IMG/VR virus record: IMGVR_UViG_3300009370_001221
Coordinates: 1-64,000 of that record
Direction: 5' to 3' (one strand)
DNA length: 64,000 nucleotides
Under the pieces are notes generated by a model that was not told where the DNA came from, made no database searches, and worked only from the letters and a program-made list of their open reading frames with translations. Positions 57,102-64,000 of the stretch are shown here, piece after piece (position 1 is the stretch's first letter; every line of letters begins with the position of its first letter). The position numbers were made by a program, and so were the translations under genes.

Positions 57102-57720
57102 TTCTTTCTCTAACGTGCATATGAAAATTATTTGTGAATACTTCTGATATGTATTCTTCTATTTTAACATGTTTCATGTATTTGTCAAGTTCAAACGGAA
57201 TATCATCAGCAATGCGTCTAATAAGTCCTATAGGATATTTCTCATTAAACCGATTACTAATCGCTTTTAAATTAAATGCATCCACAATATACCCACTCGC
57301 TGGCCTTGCTTCTGGCATATAACTAGGTGAGTTTTTATATACGTTATTAGTTAAACCATCTGGTGAGCCTAGATCAAACCCTATTAAATCTATTTCACAG
57401 TGATCCCGCATTGCTATTTGTAATGCCATACATCCAGCACTCATCATTGGCTCATACTCAGGCATATCCTCTACAAAATAAACATGCTTTGGCATACCAT
57501 AAAATGTTCTACCTTCAGGTATATTTGTAGTACGTCCTTTAAGATGAGTATTATACTCAAACTCTGTACGCATTGCTTCATCAATTATAACTAAATGATC
57601 CGCGGAAAAATCCCTATATAGTCCATTACAACCATATATTTCCCACTTGTCACGTCTAAATAAATTTAAACCAATTCGTTTACGACTCTCGCCGTTTCCT
57701 ACTACTAATGCTTTCTTCAT
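57091..57720 (-). CDS. DUF115/MAF-like Rossmann protein (sialyltransferase-like)
   Basis: VVGNGESR, YGCNGLYRD, SAG and IDLIGFD. Confidence 0.6.
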   Translation of the reverse strand: MKKALVVGNGESRKRIGLNLFRRDKWEIYGCNGLYRDFSADHLVIIDEAMRTEFEYNTHLKGRTTNIPEGRTFYGMPKHVYFVEDMPEYEPMMSAGCMALQIAMRDHCEIDLIGFDLGSPDGLTNNVYKNSPSYMPEARPASGYIVDAFNLKAISNRFNEKYPIGLIRRIADDIPFELDKYMKHVKIEEYISEVFTNNFHMHVRERNAK

Positions 57721-58220
57721 TACATTACTTGGTTAACATCTATTACCTCTGATTGTTTATTAATTTCGCTTACAAAATATGCACATTGGGGTTTTGGATT
57801 ATCGTTTAATGGTATTGCTAATAATTGTCCTGTTTTAAGTTTTGGAAAATACCATTTAACTTCTGTATAGATATCTACAATATCAATTTCTCTATACTCA
57901 TGCATATATCCACTCAAACAATTATATAAAAATGCTTCAAAACCTCTATCATTTACACTTGTTAAGGGCAAAACTTCCAAATCACCCACTTCAGGACTTC
58001 CCACTACAATATGCCAATCAACTGGCATCATTATTTTATCTTTCCCCAATTGAATTACTAGTGCTGGCGCATTAAAACTCTCTAAAAATATTAAGGGAAT
58101 AAAAAAGTAATCTGGGTCCTGTGGATTACTATTGTCCAATATACAAAAACGAACATCATCTACCTTTTCAGGCATTTCGTTCATAGCAAACGACTTATTA
58201 TCTAATGTTAAAATTCTCAA
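57720..58220 (-). CDS. Conserved hypothetical phage protein
   Basis: DYFFIPLIFLESF and KWYFPKLK; beta-rich. Confidence 0.6.
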   Translation of the reverse strand: MRILTLDNKSFAMNEMPEKVDDVRFCILDNSNPQDPDYFFIPLIFLESFNAPALVIQLGKDKIMMPVDWHIVVGSPEVGDLEVLPLTSVNDRGFEAFLYNCLSGYMHEYREIDIVDIYTEVKWYFPKLKTGQLLAIPLNDNPKPQCAYFVSEINKQSEVIDVNQVM

Positions 58221-58242
58221 TTGATTTCCTTTTGTTAATTGA

Positions 58243-58851
58243 TTAAAAAGGTGGGATTTGCTCTCCTGTCCCTTCGTCTTCTTTAAGATCGTCAGGTTTA
58301 GTCATAACATCTTTCCCCTTTTGTTTAGCATCACCGGGATTTACATATTTGGGATTTCGTACAATACCTTTAGCAGAATCATTAATCCAATAAGGTTCTT
58401 TTTTTGGATCTGCTGGCGTACCTGTTGACGTATTATTACTATCTACACTTCCAGCACTTTTAACTGTAGTATTTGCTCTCGGTGCTATACCTGGTGCAAC
58501 TGTTCCGGTTGCATAACTAGTGCCAGGTGGACTGCCTGGTGGCACTGGTTTAGGTGTAGCGTATGGCATTGGTGGTGGTACCGATACTGCTGGTCCAGTT
58601 TTAACATTTGCTTTCGCATCTTGTTCGTCTTTTTGATCTTTTAACTTTTGAGCAAGGTTTAAAGTATCAACTATTTTTTCTAATGATGCAATTTGCTTCA
58701 CTAATAAAATAATCTCAGACTGTAATCCCTTGTTCTCGGCTTTGGCCTTATCCAACTCTTCCGTAAGGTCCTTAATAGATTCTTGAATAGATTTGATGTC
58801 TTTGGACACTTCGTGATGTTTCTTATAAAGATCACTCACTTGTGTACTCAT
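58243..58851 (-). CDS. Coiled-coil and Pro-rich protein
   Basis: Start reassigned to the ATG 5 nt after TAAATA. Confidence 0.55.
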   Translation of the reverse strand: MSTQVSDLYKKHHEVSKDIKSIQESIKDLTEELDKAKAENKGLQSEIILLVKQIASLEKIVDTLNLAQKLKDQKDEQDAKANVKTGPAVSVPPPMPYATPKPVPPGSPPGTSYATGTVAPGIAPRANTTVKSAGSVDSNNTSTGTPADPKKEPYWINDSAKGIVRNPKYVNPGDAKQKGKDVMTKPDDLKEDEGTGEQIPPF

Positions 58852-58865
58852 GCCAATATTTAGCA

Positions 58866-60314
58866 CTACTGCCAGTTAATTTTATCTACTGTAAATGGAT
58901 ATTCTGCCTCCCTATAAAATCTTTTCCTTTTTGTTAAGTGGCGTTTTGCAAACTTACAAGTACTCGTTATATCCCATATTTGTACAAAGTCCTTATCTTC
59001 TGCTTTACGGACGCCACGCCCGATGCTCTGTATAACCCGCACAAAACTCTTACCTGGTTCTATTAACACAAGATTGAATATTCGTGGGATGTTAATTCCA
59101 ACTGCCGCAACACCATACGTTGCTATAATAATTTTTGCTTCTGCTGTACGTATTTCATCATAATGCTCTTTACGCTCATCTGCTTTTGTAGCACCACTAA
59201 TGAATACACTATCCTTTAATTTTAATTGTATTGCTTTGCCAGCACTAATTCTATCTACGAGTATAAGTGTATTGCCACTCTCTTTAACATCGTTTAAAAA
59301 CTCGCCTATATACGATACTCTATCCTCGTTGGTGAGCAAATACTTTAACTCGCTTTGATAGTTATTATACTCACCATAATCCTGTAACTGCACGATATTC
59401 ACGTGACAGTTTGCCAGAACGCCCTTCTCCTGCAAATCGACAGCGGCCACCCTATTGACTACTTCCCCTATGCTAACACGCAGTGACATCCATTCGAATT
59501 GCTCCTTAGGTATAGTTCCAGTTAATCCCCAACGTATAGGCACGTGGGACAACTGCTGAGTCAATAACTGCTTGAGCACGTCTGCCTTACTCTGATGTAC
59601 CTCATCCACTATCACACAGCAAACGTCCTCTATAAAGTCTCCAAACGTTATATCCACTTGAGCATTGCGAGTACGCTTCATCAGTATGTTAAGGGATTGC
59701 CAAGTACAAATAGTATGAGTGCGACCAAACTCTTTTCTATCTCCATAGAACACGCCCACATCTAATCCCAGATTAATGTAGTCTTCTTCTGTTTGCGTCA
59801 CTAAACTTTTATTAGGTACTATAACTATAGTCCGGCCATATACTTCACACTTATGGCTGAGTATTGCTGTAACAAGTGTCTTACCAGCACCTGTAGCAAC
59901 TTCTTGTATAGCATGTGGGGATTGTAAAAAGTTATTAATAACTTCTACTTGATAATCTCGCAATACAATAGGTTGCCCTTCATGCGTATGCTTTTTTGGC
60001 CACTTGACATGACTGTAACTAACTTCAGTTACTGGTTCAAATGCTAAATCAACTGGCTTGCGATAATCTATTAAATCAATTTTATAATTAGAAATGTCAT
60101 CTAATATATCTGGCAAGAGGTTGATAAACGTGCTACCACCTAATTGAAAGAAACTTACTTTGCCATCCCAACGCCCTAAACGAACCGCTGGCATAAATCG
60201 CGCATGTGGGATATCGAATTTAAACTTATTAGATAACTTTCGTCTATCTGTTAAATCTAAACCCTCAAATTTGCAATTTACTTCATCTTTTAAATATAAT
60301 TTACACTTTGGCAT
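58866..60314 (-). CDS. uvsW: UvsW-like SF2 DNA helicase
   Basis: LRDYQ, ATGAGKT, VDEVH, GLTGT and QSIGRGVR; GRWDGKVSFF N-terminus. Confidence 0.9.
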   Translation of the reverse strand: MPKCKLYLKDEVNCKFEGLDLTDRRKLSNKFKFDIPHARFMPAVRLGRWDGKVSFFQLGGSTFINLLPDILDDISNYKIDLIDYRKPVDLAFEPVTEVSYSHVKWPKKHTHEGQPIVLRDYQVEVINNFLQSPHAIQEVATGAGKTLVTAILSHKCEVYGRTIVIVPNKSLVTQTEEDYINLGLDVGVFYGDRKEFGRTHTICTWQSLNILMKRTRNAQVDITFGDFIEDVCCVIVDEVHQSKADVLKQLLTQQLSHVPIRWGLTGTIPKEQFEWMSLRVSIGEVVNRVAAVDLQEKGVLANCHVNIVQLQDYGEYNNYQSELKYLLTNEDRVSYIGEFLNDVKESGNTLILVDRISAGKAIQLKLKDSVFISGATKADERKEHYDEIRTAEAKIIIATYGVAAVGINIPRIFNLVLIEPGKSFVRVIQSIGRGVRKAEDKDFVQIWDITSTCKFAKRHLTKRKRFYREAEYPFTVDKINWQ

Positions 60315-61251
60315 AGTAATTCTGACCAGGCCCAACCATTCCTTCCTTTGATTTTATATTACTATAATAACATACTTTGGGTATTTGGTCAATTAAAATG
60401 TTAAAACTATTCTCATTTACCATTCGTGTAAAGAATATCAATTGTGGTTTAATGTTACTCTGTATCAATGTTTGTATTGAATAACTGTAGTAAACATCAC
60501 AATTAGACTTCATTTTGTGGTTAGGTGGTACTAATACTACACCAATTTTACTTTTGTCTATTAATCTATTAACTACTTTGGTTACTAATTCACTATAGTG
60601 TCCTAAATTAGGATCTTGACTATTATCTGGCTTGTAGAATACTATAGGTGTTCTCTTATACTTTAAGGCATATTGTATAATTTGCTCAAGTTTAGAGCGT
60701 TCATTTTTACTGCCAGTAAACAATGTCACATATTGATTATTGAGCATTGTATGCTCTACTGAATCATTTAACAAGTTTAAAACGTTACTACTTAATCCAT
60801 AACATAACTCGATAGATTTGTCTATTAATTGCCATACATTAATAATTTCATTTTGTTTAAGATATTCTATCAATTCATCACTGGCATTTTTCATAATTGG
60901 TTTGCCATTAACAAAATCTAACTGAATAAGATGATTGTGAATTTCTGATTGTACTTTTTCTATCTCATCTAAATAATAATAAACATCATCATCAAAAATA
61001 ACATCTTCTTGCATATCATTATTACGCAAATAATTAGCAATAAAAAGTAAATTGAGTTCGCTTAAACTAAAAATCCATGAATTTTCTGCTGAATCATAAT
61101 AAACATTTTGTGCCGCTTCTTTAACATGATCAAAAAATTGCTGTGATATTTTTTGAACATACGCAGTACCCCATTGCTCTAAATCGAACTCAGGTATCTT
61201 CACATGAATACTATCGTTTTCTATAGAAACTTTCCAGCAATTATAATTCAT
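60301..61251 (-). CDS. Hypothetical protein
   Basis: Long ORF; start placed downstream of the terminator. Confidence 0.55.
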   Translation of the reverse strand: MNYNCWKVSIENDSIHVKIPEFDLEQWGTAYVQKISQQFFDHVKEAAQNVYYDSAENSWIFSLSELNLLFIANYLRNNDMQEDVIFDDDVYYYLDEIEKVQSEIHNHLIQLDFVNGKPIMKNASDELIEYLKQNEIINVWQLIDKSIELCYGLSSNVLNLLNDSVEHTMLNNQYVTLFTGSKNERSKLEQIIQYALKYKRTPIVFYKPDNSQDPNLGHYSELVTKVVNRLIDKSKIGVVLVPPNHKMKSNCDVYYSYSIQTLIQSNIKPQLIFFTRMVNENSFNILIDQIPKVCYYSNIKSKEGMVGPGQNYYAKV

Positions 61252-61257
61252 ATCAAT

Positions 61258-61283
61258 AAAAAAGGAGGCCCGGTTAGGCCTCC
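61258..61283 (-). terminator. Rho-independent terminator after the AAA ATPase
   Basis: GGAGGCC-CGGTTA-GGCCTCC with an A run (U tract on the minus strand). Confidence 0.8.
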
Positions 61284-61347
61284 CCAAGCTTATAGATACT
61301 TATAGTTGGAGCGAGACTAAAGTATCTTTTAGGAAATTTTTATTATT

Positions 61348-62412
61348 CTAATTAGCCGACGCCTGCTTGTTGACGCGGGTCATAACCGTTGTCTCGGCTA
61401 GGCGCTTCCAGTTGTCTTTCGACATTTTACGCAGGTCACCAATCTTCAGTGCCATACGCAGGCTCATTTCCCGAAGCCTGTCCTTGTTTTCTTCCATAAA
61501 GTCCAAAATCTCATCTTGGACGGAAGATTTAAATCCGTACCCTGCGAACAGTTCACCGTTCTTGGCAATGTCCTTAATACGGAGTATTTTGTCGCGCATT
61601 GTGTCGAGCGTCAAATCCAGGTAATGGCAACGTGACTGAAGTGCGTCCAAGTGATCTTTCACCTTTTTGCTCCGGACGTTCTCAAACTTCACGTTCGTGA
61701 TAAAGATCGCTGAGCCATTAAAGTCGAAGTGATTTGGAATCCCTTCTGCTCTCAGTTTGGCACTATCAGCATTCCAGTGGATTCGGCGTCTCTTACCTGA
61801 GTCCAATGCCGCTTTCAGTATGTTGAGTGACAAGTCATCAAACAATACTGTGTCACAGTCATCAAACACCAGCACATTGTTGGCATCACTGTACTCATAC
61901 AGTTTGGCGTAAAGTCCAAGGGCAGTCATCGCGCCTTTGACTACGTCATAACGTATCTTCTTACCAGCAATCTTGTCGAACAATACGGCTTTCTCAAGAG
62001 TGGTTTCCACAATGTAGGACTTACCAACCCCTGGAGGGCCTGTTACGATCATTGCTCGGACATCACCGTCAATTGTGGCTTGGGTCATACTGCCCAAGAT
62101 CTCAAATCGTTCCGAAATGCGAGACATTACTTCGTCATCACTCTCACCCGCTTCAACAGGGTTGCCAACCATCTTGGCGGCCGCGTCTTCCGCTACTGAC
62201 TCACCCACACGCTCATAATGAAGTGGGGAATCGACCTTTACACGGATATTCCGCTGAGGGTAGGCAGGGTTGCCAGTTCCATCAACTGTGATGTACCCAC
62301 CTTTTTTGCCCACTTTATAATCGCGGACCAATGGGAATACTACATCTTCAACTATCCCACCGGGTGCATCTGCGTGGTATCCCTTCGTGACTGAAACATA
62401 TTCTTGTGACAT
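61348..62412 (-). CDS. Phage AAA+ ATPase
   Basis: GPPGVGKS Walker A, VFDDCD Walker B, FITN sensor and ALQSR; GGAG RBS. Confidence 0.85.
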   Translation of the reverse strand: MSQEYVSVTKGYHADAPGGIVEDVVFPLVRDYKVGKKGGYITVDGTGNPAYPQRNIRVKVDSPLHYERVGESVAEDAAAKMVGNPVEAGESDDEVMSRISERFEILGSMTQATIDGDVRAMIVTGPPGVGKSYIVETTLEKAVLFDKIAGKKIRYDVVKGAMTALGLYAKLYEYSDANNVLVFDDCDTVLFDDLSLNILKAALDSGKRRRIHWNADSAKLRAEGIPNHFDFNGSAIFITNVKFENVRSKKVKDHLDALQSRCHYLDLTLDTMRDKILRIKDIAKNGELFAGYGFKSSVQDEILDFMEENKDRLREMSLRMALKIGDLRKMSKDNWKRLAETTVMTRVNKQASAN

Positions 62413-62435
62413 AATTCGCTCCTGCGTGTCGTTGG

Positions 62436-62819
62436 TTAAACTAATTCGTAGGGTTTACTGTAGTTCCCTACTTCGAGGTTGAAGTAAAAAGCGGTGTGGA
62501 AATAATCCACCATCGCATCACTTTCATCGAACCATTCCCGGCCACCTTCTGCTTTTCCGGGAGCCTTCTTGATAACATCAACAATGTCATCAAAGAGGTT
62601 AGCATGTTTACCATACTGGTAAGTATGATACTGATTGATTTGGGCATAGCCATTATCACCTTCGCGCATTATATCGGAAAAATCGACATTGCCTTTCTTG
62701 ATGGTGACTTTGACTGAGGAATAATGTTCCTTCTTTACTCCAAATTTCAAATCGGGTCCAAACTCTTCTTTGAGAGCATTTCGAATCTCTCGAACTTCTG
62801 CTGTGGTAATATAAGCCAT
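62436..62819 (-). CDS. Early-type hypothetical protein
   Basis: IRNALKEEF..KFGV...WFDESDAMVDYFHTAFY. Confidence 0.65.
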   Translation of the reverse strand: MAYITTAEVREIRNALKEEFGPDLKFGVKKEHYSSVKVTIKKGNVDFSDIMREGDNGYAQINQYHTYQYGKHANLFDDIVDVIKKAPGKAEGGREWFDESDAMVDYFHTAFYFNLEVGNYSKPYELV

Positions 62820-62825
62820 TGTGCC

Positions 62826-63080
62826 TTATCTCTGTGAGTGGTGGTTGGTTTCAACTGTGCATCTTGGGACGCCATAACGGCCATCCATGTTCCAGCGATG
62901 CGTCAGTTTGCCTTCGATCCCATACCGTTCAACAGTAAGGGGTGTATCAAACCCGCCCTTGAGCAGGTTAAATTCCGCAACCGCATCCATTAGGGTGGCA
63001 GTACTGGCGGATGTAAAAACCCGAGCACCGCCCATTATGGGTTCGCGGTATAAAATTTTAAAACAGCCTTGATCTAACAC
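62826..63080 (-). CDS. Hypothetical early protein
   Basis: First ORF after the putative early promoter. Confidence 0.5.
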   Translation of the reverse strand: MLDQGCFKILYREPIMGGARVFTSASTATLMDAVAEFNLLKGGFDTPLTVERYGIEGKLTHRWNMDGRYGVPRCTVETNHHSQR

Positions 63081-63156
63081 TTGGGTAACTCTCTGTTTCT
63101 TAACTTACAATACTACTCTAACATATTACTCAGATTTGTCACTCTTTTCGTGCCTG

Positions 63157-63252
63157 TAAGTGCTTGATTTCATTGAAGAATCACAAATTTCTGATATTCT
63201 GATAAGTGGTTGAAATCATTGAAGAAAAAAAGTCAATGAAATCAATGACTTA
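63157..63252. repeat. Direct and inverted repeats containing IHF-consensus sites
   Basis: TAAGTGCTTGATTTCATTGAAGAA (63157-63180), TAAGTGGTTGAAATCATTGAAGAA (63203-63226), inverted TCAATGAAATCAATGACTTA (63233-63252). Confidence 0.75.
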
Positions 63253-63335
63253 CTGAAATCACTGATTTTTTATAAAATTTATATATAATTAACCCTATAT
63301 TTTGTAGGGTATTTGGGGTATTCATAAATATTCAT

Positions 63336-63914
63336 ATGAATCTCACTGAATCCCAAATCACGCAGAAATCCCAAGAATGCTTTGATTTTTGGTTTAGGGA
63401 TGTTGGGGTAGAAGGGCACAATCACGGATACATGTCTAAATCTTGTTTTATGTTTGAACACGTATTACACGGAATGCTAAAACCTGCCTACGGGAAATAT
63501 ATGCAAATGGGCACTAATTTTGGCATTAGTTTTGACATATTGTATAGGCAATATGGCGATCGCTGTATTGGGATAGATTTATGGAATCCTCTCAATCATC
63601 CAAATATTATTGAAAAGGACATATATGATTTAGAAAATATGAATCTTGGATTCTGCAATGTTGATGCAGGAGATTTTAGATGGACTCCCGAGTTAAGAAT
63701 GTTCTCTATAGACTACGCAATGCGTAATGTTGTACTACAAGGCGGAATAATATTTACTGCTGGTGGAGATTTTGTTAATGAATGTTTAGGATTAAACTTA
63801 TACGAATATCTCGAGGATCATGGATTTACAATAGCAAATTATCATGATTTTACCGATAAAGAACCATTACCTAACATAGGTATTGAAAACGAACTAATTG
63901 CTATTTCTTCTTAG
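63336..63914 (+). CDS. SAM-methyltransferase-fold protein
   Basis: MQMGTNFGISF, IGIDL and GGII; TAAATA-N5-ATG. Confidence 0.55.
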   Translation: MNLTESQITQKSQECFDFWFRDVGVEGHNHGYMSKSCFMFEHVLHGMLKPAYGKYMQMGTNFGISFDILYRQYGDRCIGIDLWNPLNHPNIIEKDIYDLENMNLGFCNVDAGDFRWTPELRMFSIDYAMRNVVLQGGIIFTAGGDFVNECLGLNLYEYLEDHGFTIANYHDFTDKEPLPNIGIENELIAISS

Positions 63915-64000
63915 TTTTTTTCTTGGCTTTCTTTTTAGTTTTCTTCTTCGTAGTTTTCTTAAGAGTTTTCCACTTATCATTGACGCCTTTAACCTTTTTT
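63901..64000 (-). CDS. Partial CDS: Lys-rich C-terminal tail
   Basis: ...WKTLKKTTKKKTKKKAKKKTKKK* in frame to the window end. Confidence 0.5.
   Translation of the reverse strand, partial: KKVKGVNDKWKTLKKTTKKKTKKKAKKKTKKK

Noticed and set aside
57720-58220. Possible stand-alone HINT/intein-like fold
   Set aside because: Beta-rich pattern only; no N-terminal Cys/Ser or terminal His-Asn, so it cannot be supported without profile searches
1942-63461. Many 60-130 aa ORFs opposite or nested in longer genes
   Set aside because: They overlap well-supported genes and lack start signals or motifs
1-64000. Stop-codon recoding suggested by the odd tRNA
   Set aside because: Core genes are full length in the standard code, TAA/TAG/TGA all end genes, and the anticodon is GUU rather than a suppressor

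Overview
64 kb segment of a large, AT-rich, T4-like (jumbo-type) myovirus genome, probably from an aquatic phage of a proteobacterium (host inferred from a permuted tmRNA, zinc-free bL33 and class II RNR). Most genes are on the minus strand. Left part (1-27 kb): an accessory region with glycan/sugar-modifying enzymes, oxygenases, a TctA/TctC-like transporter, SbmA/BacA, IscA, and a translation and proteostasis cluster. That cluster contains a circularly permuted two-piece tmRNA whose intervening segment holds small ORFs, bL33 (missed by the ORF track), ClpS, Hsp20, bS21, and an anticodon-domain-less AsnRS/AspRS-like catalytic core followed 7 nt later by an atypical long-variable-arm tRNA with a GUU anticodon. 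Middle (27-50 kb): virion and late genes (PAAR, tail spike, SLT lysozyme, many proteins with a shared N-terminal motif) and an NrdJ-metallothionein-like-glutaredoxin-CDF operon. Right (50-64 kb): DnaB-like helicase, primase, a miniature DnaE-like protein, clamp-loader-like subunit, UvsW, and a more GC-rich early-type block preceded by IHF-like repeats. Twelve genes have TAAATA exactly 5 nt before ATG and three have a -35/-10 promoter 6 nt before ATG, which suggests widespread leaderless mRNA. No CRISPR array, rRNA, integrase or transposase was seen. All calls come from reading motifs by eye; no searches were run.
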